Counted from the stretch's first letter, positions 1 through 13,519 are shown. The stretch: 64,000 bases of DNA from Alphaproteobacteria bacterium (GCA_964291265.2 OZ219747.1:640001-704000), one strand, 5' to 3'. Translations and numbers: made by a program. The notes: a model not told the origin generated them from the sequence alone.

Positions 1-49
1 TCCCCGAGGCGGCGAGACAGATCACCGCGGCCCCGGCTGGAAGGGTCAT
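1..49 (-). CDS. 5' end of next cob-operon gene (possibly cobJ/cbiG), running off the window
   Basis: ATG at 47-49 overlaps the cobI stop (ATGA); reads MTLPAGAAVICLAASG; identity inferred only from operon position. Confidence 0.4.
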   Translation of the reverse strand, partial: MTLPAGAAVICLAASG

Positions 50-753
50 CGCCATGCCTCGCCGCGGCGATGAACGAGAATCATCGAAAAATAGGGACCG
101 GTGGTGTCGGTGACGTCTGCCAGGGGCATCACGACCTGGCGTCCCATGGTGGCATGGGCCACATACCAGGCATGCTCGAGCAGGCCCGCCGCCTCGAGGA
201 CGCGTCTGATCCTGTCCAGATGGCGCCCCACCTTGATGATGGCGACGGAATCGGCAAGGGCGAGGCGTTCCGTCATCGCGGCCTCGGCGAGGGTGCCCGG
301 ACAGACCAGCAGCGCATCGTTGCGCGCCGCCAGCGGCACGCCGGCGGCCGCCGGACAGGCCATGAGGGAGGAAACGCCGGGCACCACCTCGACCTTGTAG
401 CGGTCTGCCACACGAGCAAAGAGATACATGAAGCTCCCGTAGAAGAACGGATCGCCCTCACAGATGGCGGCGACATCCCGGCCGGCGTCAAGATGGCGGC
501 TGATGGCGTCGACGGCACGGATGTAGACCTCCTCGGCCGGAAAGCGGTTGGCGTCGAGTGGCATGCGGATGGCAATCTCCTCCTGGTCGCCGCGCAGCCA
601 CGGGGCGATGATCGAGCGGGCCAGACTCTCGCCCGACTGCGGGGCAGGCCAGGCGATGACGGGAACTTCGCCGAGAACCCGGTGCGCCTTCAGGGTCACG
701 AGTTCCGGGTCGCCCGGGCCCACGCCAAGGCCGTAGAGCACTCCCGCAGTCAT
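46..753 (-). CDS. cobI: precorrin-2 C20-methyltransferase
   Basis: C-terminal part of ORF 46..1437: MTAGVLYGLGVGPGDPELVTLKA, ICEGDPFFYGSFMYL, VVPGVSS; ATG overlaps the cobL stop. Confidence 0.93.
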   Translation of the reverse strand: MTAGVLYGLGVGPGDPELVTLKAHRVLGEVPVIAWPAPQSGESLARSIIAPWLRGDQEEIAIRMPLDANRFPAEEVYIRAVDAISRHLDAGRDVAAICEGDPFFYGSFMYLFARVADRYKVEVVPGVSSLMACPAAAGVPLAARNDALLVCPGTLAEAAMTERLALADSVAIIKVGRHLDRIRRVLEAAGLLEHAWYVAHATMGRQVVMPLADVTDTTGPYFSMILVHRRGEAWR

Positions 754-1952
754 GGCTTGATGACGCGCCATTGCGTCACCGGCATCGCCGGCTTCCAGCC
801 GGAGAATCCGCCCACCGGGGCGACGTGCGAGACCGCGATCCGCACCAGGTCGCCCCCAAGGTCCCGGTGGAGGCTTGCCAGCACCTGTTCGCTCTCCACG
901 GTCACGGCGTTGGCGACCATGCGCCCTCCCCCGGGCAGCGCATCCCAGCAGGGCCCGGCAATGGCGCCGGCAGCAAGGCCGCCGCCAATGAACACCGCAT
1001 CGGGCGTCTCGCACTTCTCCAGGGCTTCGGGCGCGGTGCCGGTGACGATGTCGATCCCGGGAACACCCAGGGCCGCGGCGTTCTCGGCAATGAGGGCCGA
1101 GCGCGCCGGATCGCGCTCGATGGCAATCGCCGTGGCCTGCCCGGCTGCCCGCATCCACTCGATGGCGATGGAACCACAACCTGCGCCGACATCCCACAGA
1201 CGCTGTCCACCAAGTGGCATGAGCGCTGCCAGGGTCGTTGCCCTCACTTCGCGGCGGGTGAGCTGGCCGTCGTTGCGGAAGGCACTGTCGGGAAGACCCG
1301 GTGTAGAGGGCAGCGGCACCACACCGGTATCGGCCTTCGCATCGATCGCCACGGTGTTGAGATCGTCCGCCCGGCAATCGACCAGTGTCTTCGCCATGCC
1401 GCTCAGTACACGCTCCCTGGCGGCGCCCATGTGACACAGCACATGGACCTCGCTTGCGCCGTAACCGGCCTCGCAGAGCAGGCGGCAGAGGGTTGGTGGC
1501 GTTGTCGCGTCGTGGGAGAGGACCAGAATCTTCTGACCGGGCGCGAGGTGGGCGCGTACGAGTTCCGGCGGTCTGCCGTGCACCGTGAGCTGGACAGTCG
1601 TGGCAAGCGGCCAGGCAAGACGGGCACAGGCAAGGGAAAAGGCCGATGGCGCCGGCAGCACCACGAGAGCCTCCCTGCCGAAGCGGCGCGCCAGCGTGAC
1701 TCCGATGCCGTAGTGCATCGGATCTCCAGTCGCCAGGACACAGACCCGGCGTCCCTCGTGGGCGGCAATCGCCTCCACCGTCCGCGACAGAGGCGACTCC
1801 CAGGCCAGTGCAGGCCGGTTGCCCGCATCGACCATGGCGAGGTGGCGGCGGCCGCCCACCAGCACCTCGGCGTCCGCAATCAGTGCCCGCGCGGACACGG
1901 CGAGACCATCAGGGCCGTCCTCGCCGAGGCCGACAACCACAAGCCAGGGCAT
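750..1952 (-). CDS. cobL: precorrin-6Y C5,15-methyltransferase (decarboxylating), CbiE/CbiT fusion
   Basis: VVGLGEDG, LATGDPMHYGIG, WDVGAGCGSIAIEW, GWKPAMPVTQW. Confidence 0.93.
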   Translation of the reverse strand: MPWLVVVGLGEDGPDGLAVSARALIADAEVLVGGRRHLAMVDAGNRPALAWESPLSRTVEAIAAHEGRRVCVLATGDPMHYGIGVTLARRFGREALVVLPAPSAFSLACARLAWPLATTVQLTVHGRPPELVRAHLAPGQKILVLSHDATTPPTLCRLLCEAGYGASEVHVLCHMGAARERVLSGMAKTLVDCRADDLNTVAIDAKADTGVVPLPSTPGLPDSAFRNDGQLTRREVRATTLAALMPLGGQRLWDVGAGCGSIAIEWMRAAGQATAIAIERDPARSALIAENAAALGVPGIDIVTGTAPEALEKCETPDAVFIGGGLAAGAIAGPCWDALPGGGRMVANAVTVESEQVLASLHRDLGGDLVRIAVSHVAPVGGFSGWKPAMPVTQWRVIKP

Positions 1953-1955
1953 CGC

Positions 1956-2573
1956 CTAGAGGGTTCCGTTGAGCGCGTTCACCGCCGCCGCCGCCATGGC
2001 GCTGCCGCCACGGCGGCCGTGAACGGTGATGTAGTCGAGACCGCTTTCCGCCAGGGCACGCTTCGCCTCCACCGCCCCGACGAAACCGACAGGCATGCCG
2101 ATGATCAGGGCCGGGCGGACATCCGGCGCCTTTTCGAGAACCCGATAGAGTGCGGTGGGCGCATTGCCGACAGCCACCACGGCGCCCTTGAGCATGCCGC
2201 CCCAAAGATCCGCTGCCGCCCATGACCGCGTGGTGGCGGAGCGCTTCGCATGATGCCGAACCCGGGAGGTATGGACCGTGCAAACGATCCGGTTCCGCGC
2301 CGGCAGCAGCCGGGTGATGATTCCCCTTGCCGTCATGTCAACGTCGCAGAGCACCGGCGCGCCGTCGGCAAGGGCACGGCAGCCGGCGGCGACCGCGCCG
2401 GTCGAAGCATCAAGATCCTTCACCACGTCGGTCATGCCGCAACTGTGGACGAGTCTCACCGCCACCTCGCGCAAGGCCTCCGGAACCGCCGACAACCCGG
2501 TCTCGGCCTCGATGATGGATCGTGACCGGGCGTAGATCAGGGTCCCGTCGTTGAGGTAGCTGTAGGCGTTCAC
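1956..2573 (-). CDS. cobH: precorrin-8X methylmutase
   Basis: RLVHSCG, VAVGNAPTAL, GMPVGFVGA.EAK, GRRGGSAMAAAAVNAL. Confidence 0.95.
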   Translation of the reverse strand: MNAYSYLNDGTLIYARSRSIIEAETGLSAVPEALREVAVRLVHSCGMTDVVKDLDASTGAVAAGCRALADGAPVLCDVDMTARGIITRLLPARNRIVCTVHTSRVRHHAKRSATTRSWAAADLWGGMLKGAVVAVGNAPTALYRVLEKAPDVRPALIIGMPVGFVGAVEAKRALAESGLDYITVHGRRGGSAMAAAAVNALNGTL

Positions 2574-3373
2574 GAACGCTCCCGGCCGTCATGGGACGAC
2601 AGATCGACGATTTCCGGCGCCTCGCCGCACAGCGCGCAGCCGGGGTCGCGCTCGTATGCCACCCTGTGAAAGGAGGCTGCCAGGGCGTCGTAGATCAGCA
2701 GGGTACCGGTGAGGCGGTCGCCGAGATCGAGCAGTTCCTTGATGGCCTCGGCGGCCTGCAGCGTTCCCATGACGCCGGCGATGGCGCCCAGAATTCCGGC
2801 CTCGGAGCAAGACGGCACGAGACCGGCTGGCGGCGCTTCGGGAAACAGGCACCGGTAGCACGGTCCATCGGCGGGAAACGTCGTCAACTGGCCGTCAAAA
2901 CGCATCATGGCGGCGCTCACCAGAGGCTTTGCCGCCAGATGACAGGCATCGTTGACGAGGTAGCGCGTCTCGAAATTGTCCGAGCCATCACACACCAGAT
3001 CGTAGTCAGCGAGAATGCCCAGGGCATTGCAGTGATCGAGACGTTCCGTGTGGCAGCGAACCTCGACGCCGGGATTGATGGCGGCGATGGCGCCGCGTGC
3101 GCTCTCGGTCTTCCATTCGCCGATCCGCGGAGTCGTGTGAATGACCTGGCGCTGCAGGTTCGAGAGTTCGACCCGGTCGTCGTCGATCACGCCCAGGGTG
3201 CCGACACCGGCGGCCGCCAGGTACATGAGAAGCGGCGCTCCGAGACCACCCGCTCCGACAACGAGCACCCGCGAGTTCAGCAGCCTGATCTGCCCGGTGC
3301 CGCCGACCTCGGGCATGACGATGTGCCGGGCATAGCGGTGAAGCTGCTCTTCGGTGAAGTCGGAGAGCTCCAT
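2570..3373 (-). CDS. moeB: molybdopterin-synthase adenylyltransferase MoeB (ThiF family)
   Basis: RYARHI, GAGGLG, SNLQRQ, DGSDNFETRY, PCYRC and C..C zinc motifs. Confidence 0.88.
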   Translation of the reverse strand: MELSDFTEEQLHRYARHIVMPEVGGTGQIRLLNSRVLVVGAGGLGAPLLMYLAAAGVGTLGVIDDDRVELSNLQRQVIHTTPRIGEWKTESARGAIAAINPGVEVRCHTERLDHCNALGILADYDLVCDGSDNFETRYLVNDACHLAAKPLVSAAMMRFDGQLTTFPADGPCYRCLFPEAPPAGLVPSCSEAGILGAIAGVMGTLQAAEAIKELLDLGDRLTGTLLIYDALAASFHRVAYERDPGCALCGEAPEIVDLSSHDGRERS

Positions 3374-3477
3374 GGGTCAGGACGAGGACACACCGGATGC
3401 GAACGGCACCGTCATGGGTCGCAACGGTCGTCGTCGGAGGCGTCGGCGCGAAATTGGCCTCAGGGGGGCGAGCGCCG

Positions 3478-4683
3478 TCATGGGTTGAAGTAATCCGCCA
3501 TTCTGCCCGCCAGCCGCCGGGCGACCTCCACCTTGGCCATACGGGGCCATGCCTCCGCGCCCTCCGGGCTCACCAGGTGGATGAGGTTGTCGTCACCGCC
3601 GAAGGTGTCCGTTCCCGGGCTGACATCGTTGGCCACCATCCAGTCACACTTCTTGGCGGTACGTTTTCTGGTCGCTTCACCAAGCACGTCACCGGTCTCG
3701 GCGGCGAAGCCGACAACAAGGCCTGGCCGGCTGTTTCCAGGGGCGGCGAGAGTGGCAAGGATGTCGGGATTCTCGACAAGTTCGAGAACCGGCGCTCCTC
3801 CGGAAGCCTTCTTCCACTTCGACGGCCGGGGTTCCGCCACCCGCCAGTCGGCGACGGCGGCAGCGCACACCGCGGCGTCGGCAGGCAGGGCGTCCAGACA
3901 GGCATGGAGCATGTCGCAGGCCGTCTCGACGTGGACAACGTCAGCTCCCGGGGGATCAGCAAGAGTCACGGGGCCCGACACCAGGGTCACTCTGGCGCCA
4001 AGGTCGACACAGGCTGTTGCCAGCGCATGTCCCTGCTTGCCGGAACTGCGGTTGCCGACATATCGCACCGGATCGACCGGTTCACGCGTCGGGCCGCTTG
4101 TGACGAGGACATGGCGACCACTGAGCGGCCGGGCGCCGTCTTGCCCAAGGAGAACGGTGATGGCGTCGACGATGGCATTCGGTTCGCTCATGCGGCCCGG
4201 TCCGGTTTCGCCACAGGCGAGATCGCCCGCTTCCGGTCCCACCATGGCGACTCCGTCGGCGGCGAGCCGGGCGACGTTGCGGCGCACGGCGGGATTCTCC
4301 CACATCCGGGCGTTCATGGACGGAGCGGCGAGAACCGGCTTGTCGCTGGCAAGCAGAACAGCCGTCGCCAGATCGTCCGCCAGGCCGCCTGCCATGCGGC
4401 CCATGATATCGGCCGTTGCCGGCGCCACCACGACGAGATCCGCTTCCCGAGACAGGCGAATGTGGTCCATTCCGGTGTCACCGGTCGGCGTGAAGAGATC
4501 CTGGAAGACCGGCTCACCGGAGAGCGACACCACGGCAAGGGGTGTGACGAACTCGAGGGCGGCCGGAGTGAGCACACACCGCACGCGGACCCCTTCCGCC
4601 CGCAACCGGCGGATGAGATCCAGGGACTTGCAGGCGGCGACACCGCCCGAGATGACGAGAAGGACACTTCTTCCGTTGAGCAT
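3478..4683 (-). CDS. coaBC: phosphopantothenoylcysteine decarboxylase / phosphopantothenate-cysteine ligase
   Basis: ISGGVAACKS, HIRLSR, APSMNARMW, LACGE.G.GRM, SGPTREPVDPVRY.GNRSSGKQG, GFAAET. Confidence 0.96.
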   Translation of the reverse strand: MLNGRSVLLVISGGVAACKSLDLIRRLRAEGVRVRCVLTPAALEFVTPLAVVSLSGEPVFQDLFTPTGDTGMDHIRLSREADLVVVAPATADIMGRMAGGLADDLATAVLLASDKPVLAAPSMNARMWENPAVRRNVARLAADGVAMVGPEAGDLACGETGPGRMSEPNAIVDAITVLLGQDGARPLSGRHVLVTSGPTREPVDPVRYVGNRSSGKQGHALATACVDLGARVTLVSGPVTLADPPGADVVHVETACDMLHACLDALPADAAVCAAAVADWRVAEPRPSKWKKASGGAPVLELVENPDILATLAAPGNSRPGLVVGFAAETGDVLGEATRKRTAKKCDWMVANDVSPGTDTFGGDDNLIHLVSPEGAEAWPRMAKVEVARRLAGRMADYFNP

Positions 4684-4756
4684 CGTCGACATTCTCCTGC
4701 CCGGCGCCACTATACGCCTGTTGTCATGTCCTGGAGAACTGTCTTCGGCACGGCCA

Positions 4757-5509
4757 TCACAGGCGCCAGGCCGTTGTCAATGCAGCGATTCCGCCGGACA
4801 GGTTGCGCGTCGCCACGTGACTGAAACCGGCCTCGCGGACCATGGCGGCAAAGCGTTGCTGGTCGGGAAAGCGGGCGATGCTCTCCACAAGATACCGGTA
4901 GGATCCGGCGCTGCCGGCAACGAGGGCGCCGAGACGCGGTATCACGATCCGCGAGGCACGGCGGTAGAGGCCGGTAACGGGTCGCGCCGGACGACCGAAT
5001 TCGAGGCACAGGAACCGGCCCCCGGGCTTGAGGACCCGAAAGGCCTCGGCCAGAGCCCGGTCGATGTGCGTGACATTGCGGATGCCGAAGGCATTGGTGC
5101 AACCGTTAACCGAACGGTCCCCATAGGGCAGTGCCTCGGCGCGACCGCACACGAAGGCCAGCGAACCGGCGGGAACTCCGGCCGGGCGGCGCGACCGCGA
5201 GACGTCGATCATGGCCCTGTTGATGTCGACAACATCCACCCGGAAGCCGCGGCGTGCCAGGGCGAAGGCGATATCGCCGGTTCCGCCGGCGACATCGATG
5301 ACGTGGCCGCGGGAGAGATCGCGGGCCAGCAATGTCACCATCTCGCGTTTCCACAGGCGATGGACCCCTGCGGACATGAGATCGTTCATCAGGTCATAGG
5401 AGGCCGCCACCTCGTCGAAGACGGCGCCGACCATGGTCTCCTTGCGGTCTTCACCGACATGCTCCTCGCCGAAACGTCCGGCATGGTCGCGATAGTCATT
5501 CGTGGTCAT
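4757..5509 (-). CDS. ubiE: ubiquinone/menaquinone biosynthesis C-methyltransferase
   Basis: VFDEVAASYDLMNDLMS.GVHRLWK, DVAGGTGDIA, FGIRNVT, YRYLVESI.RFP. Confidence 0.93.
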   Translation of the reverse strand: MTTNDYRDHAGRFGEEHVGEDRKETMVGAVFDEVAASYDLMNDLMSAGVHRLWKREMVTLLARDLSRGHVIDVAGGTGDIAFALARRGFRVDVVDINRAMIDVSRSRRPAGVPAGSLAFVCGRAEALPYGDRSVNGCTNAFGIRNVTHIDRALAEAFRVLKPGGRFLCLEFGRPARPVTGLYRRASRIVIPRLGALVAGSAGSYRYLVESIARFPDQQRFAAMVREAGFSHVATRNLSGGIAALTTAWRL

Positions 5510-5599
5510 GTTCCCTTCTAGCACAGCTTGGCGTTGTCCGATCCGCAGAGAGGCCGCCGGTCTACTCGGACTTCTCCTCGGCGCCGGTCCATTGTGCGC

Positions 5600-5633
5600 C
5601 TGTCATGAAGTTGTCACAGTGACCTGATACAGA
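5600..5633 (+). promoter_or_regulatory. putative Pho box (PhoB site) upstream of mutM
   Basis: CTGTCAT-GAAG-TTGTCAC at 5600-5617 fits the CTGTCAT-N4-CTGTCAY consensus; TACAGA lies 10 nt downstream, where a -10 is expected. Confidence 0.55.
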
Positions 5634-5647
5634 GATCGGCCATTTCC

Positions 5648-6478
5648 ATGCCGGAACTTCCCGAAGTCGAAACTGTCCGCCTGGGTCTCGAGTCCGTTCT
5701 CCGCGGCCAGCGCATCGCCCGTGTCGAGGTGCGCCGCCCGGATCTCAGGATCCCTTTTCCTCCCGACTTTGCCAATCGCCTTGCAGGACGCCTGGTGACG
5801 GGATTGCGACGCCGGGCGAAGTATCTCCTGGTCGACCTCGACGACGGAGAGGTGGTGATCTGTCATCTCGGCATGTCGGGACACTTTCTCGTGCGACCGT
5901 GCGCCGGCTCTTCTTGCGGACCCCACGACCATGTGGTGATCACGCTCGAGGACGGCAGCGAGGTCGTCTTCAACGACCGGCGCCGCTTCGGCCTGATGAC
6001 CCTCGCAGCCGGAACCGCCGAGGCCGACCATCCACTGCTTCGCCGCCTGGCTCCCGACCCCCTCGACACTTCATTCACATCAGGCTCCTTGCTCGCCCGT
6101 CTCGCCGGACGCCGGTCGCCGGTCAAGGTAGCGCTTCTCAACCAGGAGATTGTCGGGGGTGTCGGCAACATCTATGCCTCGGAGGCCCTCCACCAGGCGC
6201 GCATCTCGCCTCGCCGTCTGGCAGCCCATGTCGGCCGCAGCCGGGCGGCGGCACTCGCCGGCGCACTCGGCAATGTCCTTCACCGGGCCATCGCCGCCGG
6301 GGGCGCATCACTCAGGGATCATGTCCAGACGTCGGGTGAGCCCGGCTACTTTCAGCACGACTTCCGCGTCTATGGCCGTGAGAACGCTCCCTGTGCGAAT
6401 GCAGGGTGCAGCGGCACCATCCGGCGGATCGTCCAATCGGGGCGGTCGACATATCTCTGCGGTCGCTGCCAGCGCTGA
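5648..6478 (+). CDS. mutM: formamidopyrimidine-DNA glycosylase
   Basis: MPELPEVETV N-terminus, HLGMSG, GNIYASEAL, C-terminal zinc finger. Confidence 0.97.
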   Translation: MPELPEVETVRLGLESVLRGQRIARVEVRRPDLRIPFPPDFANRLAGRLVTGLRRRAKYLLVDLDDGEVVICHLGMSGHFLVRPCAGSSCGPHDHVVITLEDGSEVVFNDRRRFGLMTLAAGTAEADHPLLRRLAPDPLDTSFTSGSLLARLAGRRSPVKVALLNQEIVGGVGNIYASEALHQARISPRRLAAHVGRSRAAALAGALGNVLHRAIAAGGASLRDHVQTSGEPGYFQHDFRVYGRENAPCANAGCSGTIRRIVQSGRSTYLCGRCQR

Positions 6479-6572
6479 ACCGAACCCGAATCGAGCGATT
6501 CGCAAAGGCTTTGGTTTCGCAATTGCCTGTCGACCACGATGCGAGAGGCCGTGACTCCGCAGATTTCCTGAA

Positions 6573-6601
6573 TTGACGGCCTCTGCGGGCACGGGTATAA
6601 G
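6573..6601 (+). promoter_or_regulatory. sigma70-type promoter of rpsT
   Basis: TTGACG-N17-TATAAG ending about 28 nt before the rpsT ATG. Confidence 0.7.
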
Positions 6602-6629
6602 CCGCCTTCCCGTGATTGGAAGAAGCGAC

Positions 6630-6890
6630 ATGGCCAACAGCCTTCAGGCCCGCAAGAGAGTACGCCAGACAGCCCGCAAAACTGCGGTAAACCGCCAGCG
6701 GATGAGCCGCATGCGCACCTTCGTGGTCAAGGTCGAGACGGCGATTGCGGCCGGCGAGAAGGACGCAGCGGCCACCATGCTGCGGCAGGCCGAATCCGAG
6801 TTGGCGCGAGGGGCCAGGCGCGGAGTTATGCATCGCAATGCAGCGTCACGGAAGGTTTCGCGACTCTCCAGGCGTATCGCGAAGATGTAG
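6630..6890 (+). CDS. rpsT: 30S ribosomal protein S20
   Basis: MANSLQARKRVRQ...GVMHRNAASRKVSRL; canonical position before dnaA. Confidence 0.95.
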   Translation: MANSLQARKRVRQTARKTAVNRQRMSRMRTFVVKVETAIAAGEKDAAATMLRQAESELARGARRGVMHRNAASRKVSRLSRRIAKM

Positions 6891-6934
6891 TGACCGGCAG
6901 CGGCGTGCTGCCCCATCTAGCGTGACCGGCTCCC

Positions 6935-6964
6935 CTTTCCGCCGCGGCGGGAAAGTTTCCTTTC
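6935..6964 (+). terminator. possible intrinsic terminator after rpsT
   Basis: CTTTCCGCC...GGCGGGAAAG hairpin followed by a pyrimidine run. Confidence 0.35.
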
Positions 6965-7247
6965 CCCGATCCATACAGCGAACGTCAACAATCCCTCCCT
7001 GCCTTGCAGGCCGAGCGGCGCTTGCGTCGTGTTGTTTTCGGGCTAGGCCCTCTCTAGTTTGAAACACGGATCGCGAGCCGACCGTCTGTGTGAGAGGACG
7101 AGGCGAAGCACGGCAAACCAGAACAACCGGAAGCGAGTTTCGGGGAGAAGCGGGGGGCATTGAATCGATGGTCGTTACAATTTCGAGATCATTAACAATG
7201 AGTTGCATGCGTGCGGGTGTGCATGGTTCAACTGGGAGGACGGGTTG

Positions 7248-8675
7248 ATGGCCCCGAGGCAGCTGAAGCGCACGGCCCTCGTCGAGGACCAGTGGAAACG
7301 CGTGCGCTCGCGGTTGAGGGCCGAGCTGGGGGAAGCGGCCTTCAGAACGTGGCTGCGGCCTCTCACACTCGACGGGGTGTCGGGGACCAAGGTCGTGCTG
7401 CGAGTGCCGGGCGACAACATGAAGAAGTGGGTCATGTCGCGCTGTGGCGAGCGCCTGCGTGACCTGTGGTGCGGCGAAAGCGACGAGATCACCGATATCG
7501 CCATTGCGGTCGGCGTTCCCGAACGCCGCGCCAAGACGCGGGAAATCCGGCCCGTGCAGCGCCATCCCGGGGCCGCCGACGGCGCGGCGCGGGCGTCGGG
7601 GGACGTGGCCGGCGCCGCGACCCAGCTCAATCCGCGGTTCACCTTCGAGAACTTCGTGGTCGGCGAGACCAATCACTTCGCCCATCGGGCTGCCATGGAC
7701 GTCGCTGACAGCAACCGGGTTTCCTACAACCCGCTGTATCTCTACGGCAGCGTCGGACTGGGCAAGACCCATCTCATGAATGCCATCGCCTGGCGGATCC
7801 GCACGCAACGGCCGGAACGACAGGGCCTCTTCATGTCGGCCGAGAAATTCATGACCCGCTTCGTGCACGCCCTTCGTTTCAAGGACACGATGGCCTTCAA
7901 GAACGAGTTCAGGTCGGTGGATGTCCTGATGATCGACGACATCCAGTTCATTGCCGACAAGGCATCCACGCAGGAGGAGTTCCTTCACACCTTCAATGCC
8001 CTTGCCGACCTCAACCGGCAGATCGTGATCACCGCTGACCGGGCGCCATCGAATCTCGAGGGGATCGACGAGCGTCTGCGGTCCCGCCTCAACGGTGGCG
8101 TCGTGGCCCTGCTCCGTCCTGCCGACTACGCCTTGCGTCTTGACATCCTGAAGAACAAGCTGGTTCACAGCATCGGCGAGAAGCGGCCCGGCATTGACCC
8201 GCAAGACGTGGTGCCGGCAAATGTGCTGGAGTTCCTGGCCACCACCATCACCTCCAACGTCCGTGAACTCGAGGGAGCTCTCAACCGGGTTGTGGCCCAC
8301 GTCCATATGGTGGAGCAGCCGGTGACCCTCGACTCGACCCGCGAGCTGCTGCGTGACCTGTTGCGTGCCCAGGAACGGCGGGTGACGGTGGAGGAGATCC
8401 AGAAGATGGTGGCCGACCATTTCAACCTGCGCCTGGCGGACATGTTGTCGAGCCGCAAGGAGAGGGCCATCGCCAGGCCGCGTCAGGTCGCCATGTATCT
8501 CGTCAAGCGCCTGACCAACCGCAGCCTGCCTGAAATCGGCCGCAGGTTTGGCGGCCGCGACCATACGACAGTCATGCACGGTGTGCGCAAGATCGAGGAG
8601 CTCAAGGCGAAGGACCCGGCCCTGGCCGAGGATGTCGAAACTCTCGAGCATCTGCTTGGCCAGCCTTGCCGTTAG
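7248..8675 (+). CDS. dnaA: chromosomal replication initiator DnaA
   Basis: LNPRFTFENFVVG, YNPLYLYGSVGLGKTHL, LMIDDIQF, SNVRELEGAL, SLPEIGRRFGGRDHTTVMH; start codon chosen, not proven. Confidence 0.97.
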   Translation: MAPRQLKRTALVEDQWKRVRSRLRAELGEAAFRTWLRPLTLDGVSGTKVVLRVPGDNMKKWVMSRCGERLRDLWCGESDEITDIAIAVGVPERRAKTREIRPVQRHPGAADGAARASGDVAGAATQLNPRFTFENFVVGETNHFAHRAAMDVADSNRVSYNPLYLYGSVGLGKTHLMNAIAWRIRTQRPERQGLFMSAEKFMTRFVHALRFKDTMAFKNEFRSVDVLMIDDIQFIADKASTQEEFLHTFNALADLNRQIVITADRAPSNLEGIDERLRSRLNGGVVALLRPADYALRLDILKNKLVHSIGEKRPGIDPQDVVPANVLEFLATTITSNVRELEGALNRVVAHVHMVEQPVTLDSTRELLRDLLRAQERRVTVEEIQKMVADHFNLRLADMLSSRKERAIARPRQVAMYLVKRLTNRSLPEIGRRFGGRDHTTVMHGVRKIEELKAKDPALAEDVETLEHLLGQPCR

Positions 8676-8783
8676 ACGGCAAGGGTGTGGCGCAGGCATG
8701 CCGCTTCCTGCTAGATTGGCATGACATGCCAGCCGGCGGTGCCCGCACCTCGGTCGGCGTTTACCTGCCAGGGATGCTGGTCC

Positions 8784-9905
8784 ATGAAACTTGTTGTTGA
8801 ACGTGGCGCCCTGATGACGGCACTGACGCACGCCAACAGTGTTGTCGAACGGCGCAGCACGATCCCCGTTCTTGCCAATGTCAGACTCGACGCGGACAAG
8901 CAGGAGCTCCGTCTCACCGCCACCGACATGGACCTCGAGGTGGTGCAGAACATCGCCGCCGACGTCAGTGCACCCGGTACCACGACGGCGTCAGCGGCCC
9001 TGCTCCAGAACATCTGCCGCACCCTCCCCGACGGCGCCCAGGTGGAGTTCGAGCGCGATCAGGAAAGCGGGCGTCTGTCGATCCGTTGCGGACCCACGCA
9101 GTTCGCGTTCGCCTGCCTGCCGCCCGAGGATTTCCCCCTGATGACGGCAACCGCCTTCAGCCACGGGTTTTCGCTTCCGGCCGCGGAACTGCGGCGTCTC
9201 CTCGACCGCACGCATTTCGCCGCGCTCGTGGAGGGCGCCCGGGAGAACCTTCAGGGCGTCTTCTTCCACGCGACATCAGGCGACAGCGGCCCCGCGCTGC
9301 GCGTCGTCGCCACGGACGGCCACCGGCTCGCCAGGGTGGATGCCGAGCAGCCCGAGGGCGCCGACGGCATGCCGGGAATCATTGTCCCCAACAAGACCAT
9401 CCATGTGCTGCGCAGCCTGATCGACACTGCCGATGGGGACATCGACATCGAAGTGGCGGAACGCAAGGTGAGTTTCCGTTCCGGCGCCATCCAGATGACG
9501 TCCAAACTCATCGACGGCACCTATCCGGACTACGAGAAAGTGATTCCCGACGACAACGACAGGATCATGAAGGTCTCGAGGGACACGTTCGTGAGGGCGA
9601 CCGCCCGCATGTCCGTGATCACCACCACGGACAAGGGACGGCCCGTCAAGCTGGACATCTCGAGCGGACGCCTGCAGGTGTCCGCCAGCAATCTCGAAGG
9701 GGTCACCGGAGAGGAGGAAATGGAGGTCGATTACGAGGGACCGTCCATGACAATCGGCTTCAATGCACGCTATATTTCTGAAATGGCAAAGAATTTCGAT
9801 GGCGACCTCATGCTGATCATCATGTCCCGCGGCTCGTCGCCGGCCATCGTTCGGGATGCCGACGACAACCGGACGCTCTATGTCCTGATGCCGCTCAGGG
9901 TCTAG
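8784..9905 (+). CDS. dnaN: DNA polymerase III beta clamp
   Basis: VERRSTIPVLANV, ATDGHRLA, SKLIDGTYPDY, YVLMPLRV. Confidence 0.97.
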   Translation: MKLVVERGALMTALTHANSVVERRSTIPVLANVRLDADKQELRLTATDMDLEVVQNIAADVSAPGTTTASAALLQNICRTLPDGAQVEFERDQESGRLSIRCGPTQFAFACLPPEDFPLMTATAFSHGFSLPAAELRRLLDRTHFAALVEGARENLQGVFFHATSGDSGPALRVVATDGHRLARVDAEQPEGADGMPGIIVPNKTIHVLRSLIDTADGDIDIEVAERKVSFRSGAIQMTSKLIDGTYPDYEKVIPDDNDRIMKVSRDTFVRATARMSVITTTDKGRPVKLDISSGRLQVSASNLEGVTGEEEMEVDYEGPSMTIGFNARYISEMAKNFDGDLMLIIMSRGSSPAIVRDADDNRTLYVLMPLRV

Positions 9906-9916
9906 GCACGGCGACG

Positions 9917-13497
<3,581 letters not shown>

Positions 13498-13519
13498 ACC
13501 GGGCATGGCCTGACCCGAC

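Noticed and set aside
6891-8783. oriC next to dnaA
   Set aside because: No cluster of TTATCCACA-like boxes or AT-rich unwinding element seen in the rpsT-dnaA or dnaA-dnaN gaps; alphaproteobacterial origins are often elsewhere.
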